Position numbers and translations under genes: made by a program
The notes under the pieces: generated by a model
The model's database searches: none
What the model saw: only the letters and a program-made list of their open reading frames with translations
What the model was told of the DNA's origin: nothing
Part shown: positions 49,829 through 60,033 of the stretch, one piece after another
Layout: each line of letters starts with the position of its first letter
How positions within the stretch are numbered: position 1 is the first letter of the stretch
Assembly: GCA_040752695.1 (NCBI GenBank)
Contig: JBFMGO010000003.1
Span: forward strand, 1 to 64,000
Direction: 5' to 3'
Origin: a bacterium
GTDB taxonomy: Bacteria; SZUA-182; DTGQ01
DNA: 64,000 bases

Positions 49829-51133
49829 ATGTCTACTGAAGTAGTGATCCTTGGGGCGGGTCTGACCGGACTGAGTGCCGCCTACCATCTGAAGCAATCG
49901 TATGAAATATTCGAGAAAGAAAAGCAGGTCGGCGGGCTGTGCCGCTCCCTCTTCCATGACGGATTTACCTTTGACTTCGCTGGCCATCTGCTTCACTTCA
50001 ACGATTGCCGGATCAAGGATCTGATCGAGGCTGTCTGCCGTGTCCCCTGGGTTTCACATCGACGAAGAGCCAGTATCTATGCCCAAAAAACGTATCTCCC
50101 CTACCCGTTCCAGGCCCATCTCCATGGCCTGCCGCAGAAAATTGCCTGTGAATGCCTGCTGGGGCTTTTGCGCGCTCATCAGCAATATCCTATTACCCGG
50201 CCTGCGGAAAACTTCGAAGACTGGGTGATCCAAAATTTCGGCCCGGGGCTGGCAAAACATTTCCTTTTGCCTTACAACCGCAAGATATGGCGCGTAGCTC
50301 CATCGGAGATGACCTCTGAATGGGCTGCTTCCCTGATCCCTCTCCCCAATCTCGAAGGCGTAGTGCGGGGCTGCTTTAACCAGAACCATCAGGAATACGG
50401 CCAGTCATTCTACTATCCTGTCGAGGGAGGGATCGAAGTTTTCGGGCGGGCTTTTTTGCCTCTGATCGGCAAGGTCAGTACAGGCATGGAAGCGGTTAAA
50501 ATCGACACCCATAAGAAAAGGGTCTGGTTTCAGGATGGCCAATCGGTCTCTTACCGGCAATTGATTTCCTCCATCCCCCTGCCGGAGGTAGTCAAAATAA
50601 TAGCCGATGCACCGCCGGAAATACAATCCATAGCCGGAAACCTGCGCTATGCTTCGGTCTTTTGCCTTAACCTGGGAGTGGACCGGCAGAAGATCTCGGA
50701 CCAGCACTGGATCTATTTCCCGGAAAATCGGTACCCCTTCTACAGAGTGGGCTTTCCCTCGAATTTTGCCTCAGGTGCCGCCCCTGAGGGAACAAGTTCG
50801 CTATACGTGGAGATTTCCCACCTGCCCACAGAAAGGATCAATTCCGACAAGATGCTGCGGCTGGTCCAGTCCAGATTGACTGAGTGCGGTCTGCTCAGGA
50901 AGAACGACCGGATTATCTCACACTCTTCTTTCGATATCCCTTATGCCTATGTTACCTTTGATCTTCACCGCCAGAAGGCCCTGCCCGTTATTCAGCACTA
51001 TCTGAGGGATCAGGATATTTTCTCGGTCGGCAGGTACGGCGCCTGGAAGTATTCCCTCATGGGACATGCCCTTATGGACGGAATAGAAGCGGCAGGAAAA
51101 GTGAATGCTCTGCCGGCTACACCCTTTCCCTGA
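49829..51133 (+). CDS. FAD-dependent oxidoreductase (UDP-galactopyranose mutase / protoporphyrinogen oxidase-like family)
   Basis: GAGLTGLSAA, GGLCRS, FD..GH, PYN.KIW, FYYP..GG, GRYG.W.Y; SD GGAGGT. Confidence 0.85.
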   Translation: MSTEVVILGAGLTGLSAAYHLKQSYEIFEKEKQVGGLCRSLFHDGFTFDFAGHLLHFNDCRIKDLIEAVCRVPWVSHRRRASIYAQKTYLPYPFQAHLHGLPQKIACECLLGLLRAHQQYPITRPAENFEDWVIQNFGPGLAKHFLLPYNRKIWRVAPSEMTSEWAASLIPLPNLEGVVRGCFNQNHQEYGQSFYYPVEGGIEVFGRAFLPLIGKVSTGMEAVKIDTHKKRVWFQDGQSVSYRQLISSIPLPEVVKIIADAPPEIQSIAGNLRYASVFCLNLGVDRQKISDQHWIYFPENRYPFYRVGFPSNFASGAAPEGTSSLYVEISHLPTERINSDKMLRLVQSRLTECGLLRKNDRIISHSSFDIPYAYVTFDLHRQKALPVIQHYLRDQDIFSVGRYGAWKYSLMGHALMDGIEAAGKVNALPATPFP

Positions 51134-51260
51134 TCTTTATAACGGTTTTCCGGACTCCCCCTTTCGTAAAGGGGGAGCGGGGATTTTCTATCTCAAAGAA
51201 AAGACATTGAGAGAATCCGCCCTCCGAGCATGACGTGCCTTTTTACCTTACCTTGGGTTT

Positions 51261-54041
51261 TCAGGCTCTTATCGGCGCAAGACTTCCCCTCCCTCCCGCC
51301 ATAACCTCATTCAACACCCTGCTGAGTTCTTCAACCTCATAGGGCTTGACAACCATCCCACTGAAGCCATAGGTCTTATATTCGGACATAATCGGATCAT
51401 AGGAATATCCGCTGGATACGATCGCTTTTACCTCCGGGTCGATCTCCAGCATCTTTTGAACAGCCTCTCTTCCTCCCGTCCCGCCAGGTACGGTTAAATC
51501 CAATATAACAACATCAAAGTTCCGGCCTGATTCCCTTTCTTTTCTATAGAGTTCAACGGCTTCATCACCTTCTCTGGCAAGCACAACCTCATATCCGAGA
51601 TAAACGAGCATTTCCCCAACCATGTCTCTGAGGCTCTCCTGATCATCCATGAATAAAATTTTTCCACTGCCTCCGGTAAGGCTCTTTTCCTCAACGATAT
51701 CTTCCACTCCAAAAATTTCCTTCTCGCAGGCAGGAAGGTAGAGATAAAAAGTTGTTCCATCTCCAGACTCTGACTCTGCTGTTATATATCCTTCATGTTT
51801 TTTTACGATTGAGTAACTGATAGCCAGCCCCAGGCCGCTTCCTGTTTTCTTGGTAGTGAAATACGGATCGAATATCCTCGACAGATACTCCTTGGGTATG
51901 CCCATCCCCTGGTCCTTTATGGATACCTTGACGTATTTTCCTTCTTTCAGCGGCAAAATATCCTGGGTCCCCAGAGTGATATTTTCAGCACCCAATCTGA
52001 TCGTCCCTCCCCTGGGCATGGCCTGGCAGGCGTTGATAATCAGGTTATTGATAACCTGACTTATCTGACCCTCATCAATCTCAACCGGCCAGAGGGCATC
52101 TGCCAGAGCAAAATCACACCTTATGTTCGAACCTCTGAGAGAGAAGTTCACTGCCTCCTGCATCAATTCCGCGATGGACGCGATTTTCTTTATCGGAGTT
52201 CCGCCCCTGGAAAAGGTAAGTAATTGATGGGTTAATCCTTTTGTCCGGTAGCACGCTTTTTGGGCATTCCCTAAGGCATGAAAAATAGAGGTTCCCGATT
52301 TTGCATACTTCTCTACAAGGGACAGGTTCCCGATGATTCCAGCCAAGAGATTATTAAAGTCATGAGCGATGCCGCCCGCCAGGACGCTGAGGGATTCGAG
52401 CTTTTGAGCCTTTTGTAATTCTTCTTCAACCCTCCTGCGCTCGGTCGTTTCCTGCTGAAGTCGTTCATTCGCGGATTGTAATTCTGAAGTACGCTCCCTC
52501 ACCAGTTCTTCGAGATGAGAACGGTATTTCCTTAACTCCTCCTCCGAACGCTTGCAGCCGGTGATATCCCTTCCGTATAAATTGGCATAATCAGTACCGG
52601 ATACTGGCGCAATCACGAATGAAAAGACCTTCTTGTCCGAAAAGGTAAATTCCTCGATTATGTTTCGATTGGAATCCATGGCCTCCATAATCATCCGGTA
52701 ACAGGTATCCGGCATCAACTCTCCAATTCCGCTGTTCCATTCAGCGAGCAGCGGCAAGCTGACGCCATTGGCATACAAAACCCTGCCATCCCTGGCAACA
52801 CGCAGTACTGGGAACGGATTTTCCGAAGGGAACCTGGCCAGGTTCTTGATTTTTTCCTCCGCTCTTTTCTGTTCAGTGAATTCTCCCAACCGGCCGGCAA
52901 TAATTTTAATCAGGTGCTGCTCTTCTGTCAGGAATGGCCCCTCATCGCTTTGCGGTCTTTCTTCCCGGTAAAAGACCTCCAGGGTGCCGATTTTGTCACC
53001 ATAGGCCATAATATCAGAGTCTTGCTTCCAGACAGTCTCCTGGAAATCGTCCGATGTAAAGATCCGGTCTTCCAGAATCACCCGACTACAGGCGATTTCC
53101 GGGTACTGCCAGGCAGAAGGAATAATCATGACAATACTCTGGAATATTCCCTCCAGCGAAGCATCCTGCCTGTCCATGAGCCGAGAAATGGCATAAAGAC
53201 AATCAAGCTTCTTGACCCGGTCATCAAGGTCGTACGTCCGTTTTTGCAGCGCCTCCGTCACCCGCTTTTGCTCGAAGGCCATGGTTACATACCAGTGAAC
53301 CACTAACCATAGTGATAGTGTGTAAGCTCCCAGACGAAGCAGATGCCAGGCCCACCATTCTCCATTCCAGAGCATAGAAGGGAAAAACGATAGACTGGCC
53401 AGACCAAAAAACACGCTCAGACAGGCAAATAAGTAAGATTCCATACTACATGAACGGTAAAAATCACGAATAAAATACAATCCTGCAGAGAGAAAAAACA
53501 CGAATGCTGAAAGATTAACCAGGATAGCGGTTGTAGTAAACATGCCCCTATTAAGCATATTAGGCAGATGTTCGGGAAATATGGATGCAAAAATTCCCAA
53601 CAACAGGGATAAGGTAACCGTCAGCCAGATACATTTCTTTTTTTGGGGAATATACCGGTCGTATACAGAGCCGGGCAGCCAGATGAGAGAGGAGAAAAGA
53701 CCACCGCTCAAACCTGCCATACTGCGAAAAAATACAAACATGTTTCCCGGCTGGGAAATCGCGTGGAAAGTGTCGAGAATACCCATACTGATAAATCCCA
53801 GAACAATAAAGACAAATCTTCCCCTGCTCCCGTGCTGTTCTCGCTGAAGCAGCACCAGTGCCATTAAGATGGCCGATAGTGCTCCAAAAATTTCCAGAGC
53901 AGCGTGTAATGCTTCATGTTCCCAGTGCCAATTTTTCAAGAAGGTAATATGCGAGTAATTCAATGTGATACTGATCAACATCAGAACGAGAAACAGAATA
54001 ATGAGTCGCTTTTTTCTCTTATCCTTAGATTCACTTTCCAT
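51261..54041 (-). CDS. hybrid sensor histidine kinase (multi-TM input, PAS, HisKA, HATPase, REC)
   Basis: About 8 TM, AHDFNN, NL..NA, DQG.G, FDPYFTTK..GSGLGL, ILFMDD...LD. Confidence 0.95.
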   Translation of the reverse strand: MESESKDKRKKRLIILFLVLMLISITLNYSHITFLKNWHWEHEALHAALEIFGALSAILMALVLLQREQHGSRGRFVFIVLGFISMGILDTFHAISQPGNMFVFFRSMAGLSGGLFSSLIWLPGSVYDRYIPQKKKCIWLTVTLSLLLGIFASIFPEHLPNMLNRGMFTTTAILVNLSAFVFFLSAGLYFIRDFYRSCSMESYLFACLSVFFGLASLSFFPSMLWNGEWWAWHLLRLGAYTLSLWLVVHWYVTMAFEQKRVTEALQKRTYDLDDRVKKLDCLYAISRLMDRQDASLEGIFQSIVMIIPSAWQYPEIACSRVILEDRIFTSDDFQETVWKQDSDIMAYGDKIGTLEVFYREERPQSDEGPFLTEEQHLIKIIAGRLGEFTEQKRAEEKIKNLARFPSENPFPVLRVARDGRVLYANGVSLPLLAEWNSGIGELMPDTCYRMIMEAMDSNRNIIEEFTFSDKKVFSFVIAPVSGTDYANLYGRDITGCKRSEEELRKYRSHLEELVRERTSELQSANERLQQETTERRRVEEELQKAQKLESLSVLAGGIAHDFNNLLAGIIGNLSLVEKYAKSGTSIFHALGNAQKACYRTKGLTHQLLTFSRGGTPIKKIASIAELMQEAVNFSLRGSNIRCDFALADALWPVEIDEGQISQVINNLIINACQAMPRGGTIRLGAENITLGTQDILPLKEGKYVKVSIKDQGMGIPKEYLSRIFDPYFTTKKTGSGLGLAISYSIVKKHEGYITAESESGDGTTFYLYLPACEKEIFGVEDIVEEKSLTGGSGKILFMDDQESLRDMVGEMLVYLGYEVVLAREGDEAVELYRKERESGRNFDVVILDLTVPGGTGGREAVQKMLEIDPEVKAIVSSGYSYDPIMSEYKTYGFSGMVVKPYEVEELSRVLNEVMAGGRGSLAPIRA

Positions 54042-54390
54042 ATTTTTAAGCCTCAAGAAATGTTCCTTGCATATATAACTTTAATAAATTACATTTTTTA
54101 TTAAAGTTAAATTTATAGATTTTAACTCTAGCTAATTATAGCAATAACTAACTATGCCATCAACAACAAAAAAGATGCTTTGATCCTCAAAAAGGAATAT
54201 GAGAAATTATCAGAAAGGGAAGTTGATATAATAATATGGTATCATTGCTTATGGGCAGTAGCTGTAGTAAAATTAAAAAATGGATTATTTTACCGTTTTG
54301 CACTTCCATGTGAGGGAAAGACTCTCAGTAAGAAGGTGAAAACCAAAACGCACCAGTTGCCTGCGCCACGGTGTACAAGGAGGGCGGATC

Positions 54391-54687
54391 ATGTCATCGG
54401 AAAAAATGGAACAAGCCTTTCATGATTTCCATGTATCAGTGCAGAACAATGAAATTCTGGAACCCAAAACAACACGCCTGCTTTTTCTTGCCACAGCGAT
54501 GGCACTCGGCTGTTCCCACTGAATCGAACACCTTCTTGGCGTGGCCAGGAAAGAGGGAATAACCGATGATGAAATAAGCGCAGTGCAATCTATCGTGATG
54601 GCAGTCTCTGCCGGCAGGGTTGGTGCGCAGGTCCGGGATGCCCGCATCAAAAACAAAAAGGCGGATAAAGAAGCAAAGGGGTCCTGA
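54391..54687 (+). CDS. AhpD/carboxymuconolactone-decarboxylase-family selenoprotein, 98 aa, C-S-H-U motif
   Basis: SD AAGGAGG; manual translation MSSEKMEQAFHDFHVSVQNNEILEPKTTRLLFLATAMALGCSH(TGA)IEHLLGVARKEGITDDEISAVQSIVMAVSAGRV...; family pattern continues in frame past TGA 54520-54522. Confidence 0.85.
54523..54557 (+). promoter_or_regulatory. putative bacterial SECIS element
   Basis: ttcttggc-gtg-gccaggaa stem-loop; G-initiated apical loop starts after 18 nt downstream of the UGA. Confidence 0.7.
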
Positions 54688-54774
54688 TCCCCTTTTTGCA
54701 GCTACGGCAATAATCGTATGAGCCATGGTCATCATCTTATCAGCCATGGTAAAAAGTATGGAGGCAGAGGTCAT

Positions 54775-55281
54775 ATGTATGTAAAAAGCTATTCCGATTT
54801 GTCATTAAAAATTCCAGAGTGCCATACCGGCAGCCAGCAGTGGGTTGCGAAATTCCGGCTGGATACAGATGTCTCCGAATTATTTCCTTACATCAATGCA
54901 GTCATACGTCAAAGATCGGATTCCCATCCCTTTAAGAACGTTCGATATTTCGATAAGCCGCACTACATTATATTTTTACTGGATGGATACCATTGTGCCC
55001 TCTATCCGGATCGTGCCATAACAGCCCCTTTTCATGACCGTGATGAGGCAGTAGGTTTCATTCAGAAACTGATGGACTTCCTCAATGACCTCTTTGTGAA
55101 AAAGGATTCGATTGAGCCTGATTATACGAAATATCAGCCTCCACCCGTCCTGGAAATTTACAAGCAGCTTCCCAGGACGAATTGCAGGGAATGTGGTTTT
55201 GCGTCCTGCATGGCCTTTGCCGCTGCCTTGAGCAGCGGCCAGACTGATTATAACGCCTGCCCGGCCATGGCGGAGCGGTAA
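54775..55281 (+). CDS. Fe-S cluster-binding protein (C-terminal FeS domain of the AcsC/RnfB N-terminal type)
   Basis: IYKQLPRTNCRECGFASCMAFA...CP; D.SEL.PYINA N-domain; alternative start 54718. Confidence 0.85.
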   Translation: MYVKSYSDLSLKIPECHTGSQQWVAKFRLDTDVSELFPYINAVIRQRSDSHPFKNVRYFDKPHYIIFLLDGYHCALYPDRAITAPFHDRDEAVGFIQKLMDFLNDLFVKKDSIEPDYTKYQPPPVLEIYKQLPRTNCRECGFASCMAFAAALSSGQTDYNACPAMAER

Positions 55282-55373
55282 GATTGAACAATAACTTATC
55301 TGTGATAATTAGCAACCGACCTCCTTTTTGCACTTCGATTAGTGAGCATGCAACCGGCCAGGCCGGATGCGGC

Positions 55374-56114
55374 TTATCGCACCAGGATGGCAGTGATATT
55401 CAAGATATATTTTTCGGGGCTGAGGGATGGGGGGCGATCGATTTTTAACCTCTTTTCGCAATAACCGGCTAAATCCGAAAAGAGCTGAAGGCGTACAGGG
55501 ATGGACAACTCCTCCCTCCGCAGGCAGATCGTAATCAGTGTTTCCCGCTCCTCCAGGTTTATTTGACTTCGAATCTTCCCGGCAAGATAAGGATCATCCA
55601 GAAAGCTGTTGTACCTTTGGGATTCGGGCAAAATGACTTCCGGCCTTGGCCTTTTTTCCTCTTTGATGACCAGGGTGCCTGCGGCCAGGTCTCCCAGGCG
55701 CTGAAGCTGGGGAGAAAGAAACGAACTGACAAAAGCGACCAGATAGAAAACAGGCATGCTGTCGATAATGCGCAAAAGGTTTCTGATCATGCTTTGAAAC
55801 AGGGTAATCTTCGACCCATTGTTCTGGATAACCCGAAGATGGAAGAGCTTTTTCCCTGGTGACTGTCCGCCGGTTTTCCATTCCCAAAAAACAAAGTATC
55901 CCCAATTTATGAGAAAGAAGGCAGCCAGGGCCAAAGCGGAAGAGACTCCCTGACCGATGGGAATCAGCACATTCGCCAGGTAGCTGACAGCCAGGATAAG
56001 GGTGGCGATGAATAACAGGTCGATGATCCAGGAAAGTAGCCTGCTGCCATAGCCGGCAATGAGAAAGGAGAAGTCGACATTTTCCGGTGTCGTGATGGTA
56101 TACAGGTTATTCAC
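55374..56114 (-). CDS. RDD family protein
   Basis: TPENV, AG.GSR..S.IID, GQSPGK....LRV, RN..R.ID, QRLGDLAAGT. Confidence 0.92.
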   Translation of the reverse strand: MNNLYTITTPENVDFSFLIAGYGSRLLSWIIDLLFIATLILAVSYLANVLIPIGQGVSSALALAAFFLINWGYFVFWEWKTGGQSPGKKLFHLRVIQNNGSKITLFQSMIRNLLRIIDSMPVFYLVAFVSSFLSPQLQRLGDLAAGTLVIKEEKRPRPEVILPESQRYNSFLDDPYLAGKIRSQINLEERETLITICLRREELSIPVRLQLFSDLAGYCEKRLKIDRPPSLSPEKYILNITAILVR

Positions 56115-56163
56115 GGGGATATGTCCTTTCTGCTGTTCACGCTATTCACGGGCTTCTTCCCCT

Positions 56164-57135
56164 TTAGAACCGGTAAAAACACAAATAATAAAAGAGGATC
56201 AGGCCAATAGCCAGAGCAAAGAGCAGTTTCATTGAATAGGGGATGTATGGTTCGTGAATCTGGCTGACGGTTCCTTCGATCATTCCGGCTGTGATAAAGA
56301 GGGGAATTAAACCGAGAATCAACTTGACCGCGCACCCTGCCTCCCTCCACAGGGCCAGCCTCCACGAAGATCTGCCTGGTGCCAGAAGTCCTCTGGCCAG
56401 AATAAGTCCGGCTCCACCGGCAATAGCCATGCAGGTAATTTCTATTACTCCATGAGGCAGTATCCAGGCCCAGAAAAAGAGAGAGACGCCGTCGATGGAA
56501 TAGGCAGCGGCCAGGGAGCCGATCATCAGGCCATTGAGAAACAGGATGACCAAAGTGCCCAGACCGCAGGTGATTCCCAGAGCGAAAGCCATGAACGACA
56601 CCTCCAGGTTGTGGGTGAAAAGGAAGCTGGAGAAAGCGGCACTCTGATCAGCCTCAGGGATTTGTTTTCTCTCTTCGATATCTCTCACCCGCTGGCCGGG
56701 GACGATCTCCTGATGCTGTCTGGGAATGAGGTATACGCTGGCGGACGGGTCCAGAAGCAGGGCACTGAATCCGAATAAAAATCCGATCAACAGGGTAAGA
56801 AGAGCCAGGCAAACCATTGACCAGTTTTTTCTGACCAGATTGGGGAAAGTCTCCAGATAGAAAAGAACGATATCCCGGAAACGAAAAGTGCTGCCCTCAT
56901 GGATATGTCCGTAAGATCTGGCTACCAGACTATTGAGGTAGTGGAGGATCTCGTAATTGGCCGTAATATGGCGCGCCTGAATCAGATCCGAGGAAGTAGA
57001 CCGGTACAGGCGGCCAAAATGCCGGGCTTCATCGAGAGTTAAAGAGGAGATCCCGGCCCGCTCGATCTTGAGAAGCATTCTCTCCAGTTCCTCCCACCTG
57101 GTCTTACGCTCCTGAATGAAACGGTTCAGGTCCAT
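56164..57135 (-). CDS. SpoIIM-like (DUF95) membrane protein
   Basis: FTHN..V.F.AFALG, NG..IG, ILPHG..E, AG.IEG. Confidence 0.9.
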   Translation of the reverse strand: MDLNRFIQERKTRWEELERMLLKIERAGISSLTLDEARHFGRLYRSTSSDLIQARHITANYEILHYLNSLVARSYGHIHEGSTFRFRDIVLFYLETFPNLVRKNWSMVCLALLTLLIGFLFGFSALLLDPSASVYLIPRQHQEIVPGQRVRDIEERKQIPEADQSAAFSSFLFTHNLEVSFMAFALGITCGLGTLVILFLNGLMIGSLAAAYSIDGVSLFFWAWILPHGVIEITCMAIAGGAGLILARGLLAPGRSSWRLALWREAGCAVKLILGLIPLFITAGMIEGTVSQIHEPYIPYSMKLLFALAIGLILFYYLCFYRF

Positions 57136-57355
57136 TGTTTTCTCCCTAACTGGTTCAATCCTATTGACTTCAAGCACCCCATTGACTTCTCCTTAGAGTG
57201 GTTTCAGTGCCGTTGTTTTTTTCCTCGAACTCCCGAGCAGCATCTTCCTATAACATTCCTTTTTTCTTGAAGCATTTTCCTACTCTGCCGACAATTTATG
57301 TAGTTCCTGAGCAGTTTCATTTACTATAGCATTCCTTTTTTCTTGAAGCATTTTC

Positions 57356-58669
57356 CTACAGCATTCCTTTTCTCTTGATTTCCAGGTACCGGCTCACCGT
57401 GGCTGCGGACAGATCCTCAGGCAGGGCTTCCAGCACCTGAATTCCTTCCCTCTGCAGGTATTGGAGGAGGACTTTGCGTTCATTCAGTGCTTCGCTGGCA
57501 GCCAGGATGCAGTACAGATCGGAAACATCCCTGGGGTATTTTTCCTGAAGTGCCACCACCTCACAGTCGCGAATGGTCACGATCAGAGGCAGGTGTCTGG
57601 TACGCAGGATTCTGATCCCATCGAGCAGCCCCTGGCAGTTTTCATGATCCAGAAAGTCGGTAAATATGACCATGAGAGAGCGCCTTTCCTTTTTGAGTAA
57701 AAACTGGCGGAAGAACTCGCGGTAATCGACAAACGTGGAACTGGGATTAACCCCGTTCAGTCGCCTCAGGCAATAGCCAAACTGGGCCTTTCCTTTTTTG
57801 GCGGGCAGGAAAATATCCAGACCGCTGCTGAATGCGGCCATACCCACCCGGTCGTCCTGCCGAATGGCCAGGTGAGCCAGAATAAGGGCGGCCTTCAGTG
57901 CGCAATCGAACTTCGACCCATCAAAGATGCGGGTAGCCATCATCCTGCCGGCATCAAGGCACAGATAAATGGTCTGGCTGCGCTCGGTTTCGTGGACCCT
58001 GGTAATGGGCTTTTGCTTTCTGGCCGTAGCCTTCCAGTCTATATCCCGGAAAGGATCATCCGGCAGGTATTCTCTCAGCTTCTGGAACTCGCGGCCTTCC
58101 CCTTCCCTGCGCAAAAGATGAAGTCCTTCATTGGCGAAAGAGTGGGGGTAGCGGGCGAGCAATCGAAACCTTCTTAAGTCCTGGAGCACGGGGTAGGCGG
58201 TGATTTTGGTCCTGCTCTCTTTTTTCCCCTGATAGAAGGAAAGTCCCAAGGGGCCGATCAGCCGGAAATGGATATCTCCGAATTCGTAATTCCCTCTCTG
58301 GCCGGGATAGACCCGGTAGCGGATACGCTCATGCCGGAAAGGAGGGAGGGAGATCTGCAGGTCCTGAAAATCGGTTCCGCATGCGGGGGGAAAATCGTCA
58401 CGCACCTGAAGCCGAAGTGTGCGCTGGCTGCGGTTTTCAATATGCAGGGCCACCACATTCGGCTGGCCGAGGGTAAGTGTATGAGGAAGATCGCGCGAGA
58501 GGTTGTACCCTTTGCGGGATCTGGCCATCAGATAGTCAATCAGGCCGAGAAAGATAATCAGAAAATCGTAAAGAGCGATGGCCGGGACCAGACTGGGACG
58601 AAACCCTGCAAAAAGAAGCGGAATGAGGCCAATACTCAGGAAAAGCAAGGTCCTTGGAGTAGGCAGCAT
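57356..58669 (-). CDS. DUF58 (vWA-like) domain protein
   Basis: GREF..LREY...D..R.IDWKATAR, LD.GR.M, D.VG...F, FTD. Confidence 0.92.
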   Translation of the reverse strand: MLPTPRTLLFLSIGLIPLLFAGFRPSLVPAIALYDFLIIFLGLIDYLMARSRKGYNLSRDLPHTLTLGQPNVVALHIENRSQRTLRLQVRDDFPPACGTDFQDLQISLPPFRHERIRYRVYPGQRGNYEFGDIHFRLIGPLGLSFYQGKKESRTKITAYPVLQDLRRFRLLARYPHSFANEGLHLLRREGEGREFQKLREYLPDDPFRDIDWKATARKQKPITRVHETERSQTIYLCLDAGRMMATRIFDGSKFDCALKAALILAHLAIRQDDRVGMAAFSSGLDIFLPAKKGKAQFGYCLRRLNGVNPSSTFVDYREFFRQFLLKKERRSLMVIFTDFLDHENCQGLLDGIRILRTRHLPLIVTIRDCEVVALQEKYPRDVSDLYCILAASEALNERKVLLQYLQREGIQVLEALPEDLSAATVSRYLEIKRKGML

Positions 58670-58787
58670 ACTTAACTGTACACCTCTTATCTGTAAACCC
58701 GCTTAATAAGCGGGTTCATAAGTCCCTGGTAAAATTTATCAGGGACTTTATCAGGGACTTGAATTGATTTTGAAAAAATTCTCCCTT

Positions 58788-59729
58788 TCATATCTCGCAT
58801 TCCTTCTCTTCTTTTTCTACTATCATCAAATTACTCTCTTCCTCAAATATCTCCATAGCGGCCCGCTCGGCCTCCCCAATGCTGTGCAGATAAATCTCCG
58901 TCGTCCTTGGGCTCTCATGGCCTATAGTGATTTGCAGTCGTATGTACTACACGTAATCTGCTGTCGTTGCTGGTTCAGTGGCAGTGATTGTAGTCCGCTT
59001 AAGTGAAAACCGCTATAAGATCCGCTGAATGGCTCCTATACTTACCTTGCTGCTGTTGCCCATGATTGAGGCCCTCAAGTGCCGGAGAGCATGAAACCCA
59101 AATTCTTTTACTTCTGCCTCCCGGCAAAGAACTTTCATAATTCTCCACCTGCGATTGTATGGACCGCGTTTCTTCTCCCCTGTTCGATCCCAGTACTCGT
59201 GCCAGAATATCCAGGGCATGGTTTTGTCTCGTTCCTTCCATTTACGAAGAAGGATCTCATACAGCCTTTTTGTAAAAGGAGGCTTTTGTTTTTCCCCCAA
59301 TTGTAAAGTGCTCTCAGGTGGGTAATTTCCCTATTGCCAGCATGGATGCTTACCGCTTTTGCTCGTTCCTGGACATATTGGCTTATCTCAACCTGGGTAA
59401 CTTTATCAGCAGGCAGATCATGCCATCGTGCTACCCATCTGCGGGCCATATATCGAATTTGCTGGAAGTGTTTTTCGGCGCACCAGACCTGCAAAATAGG
59501 CAAGCCGCCTGTTCACAAGCTCAAAGAAGGTTAAAGAGGTCTTTTCGGTAATCTGGGGGGTCGTCAGTTCCGCCCGTTTTTTGTCCTCTGCTTCTTTGGC
59601 TTCGGTCTTGGTTTTGAAGTCTGGACTTTGGTACCTTTTCCCTTTTAGCTGGAAGTCGTACCTCCAGACCTTTACCTTTTTTACCTGCCCCTTTATTTTC
59701 TTTTTGATCTGAATGGGAAATACGGTCAT
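58788..59729 (-). pseudogene. tyrosine recombinase (phage integrase) pseudogene
   Basis: Spread over several frames: WRYDFQLKGKRY...FKTK.EA arm domain, NREI..LRALYNW, FHALRH, IQRIL/GHE..TTEIYLH. Confidence 0.88.
58923..59017. mobile_element. MITE-like insertion with TA target duplication inside the integrase
   Basis: Ends tatagtgatttgca / tgaaaaccgctata (imperfect IR, 11 of 14 match); removing 93 bp restores ATC TTA GGC CAT = I-L-G-H. Confidence 0.85.
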
Positions 59730-59821
59730 ACAGCTCTTTCTTGTAAGGATTTTAGGTGTTATCTGAATTTTTTGAGCTATATTATCCATATCTATCTAAT
59801 TTGTCAAATCAACTGACGCGC

Positions 59822-60033
59822 CTTCTGGCCGTGCTTCCTACAGGCTGCGGGAAAAGACCATTATCTTTTCCGAATTAGCCCGTAGATCGAGGCGTAAGAC
59901 CTTGATCCTGGCGCACAGGGACGAACTGATTCGCCAGGCTGCGGATAAGGTCCGGATGGTTTGGCCGGACGCGGTCGTGGGCATGGTGAGGGGACGAGAG
60001 AATGATTTTCACCTAAAGAAGGTGGTCTGCGCT
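59822..60033 (+). pseudogene. DEAD/DEAH-box (SF2) helicase N-terminal fragment
   Basis: LLAVLPTGCGK (frameshift) TIIFSELA...LILAHRDELIRQA.DK motifs I and Ia. Confidence 0.75.

Noticed and set aside
54180..54774. ORF-track calls 54180..54425, 54371..54562, 54420..54656 and 54436..54774
   Set aside because: Alternative-frame or antisense shadows of the selenoprotein gene at 54391..54687.
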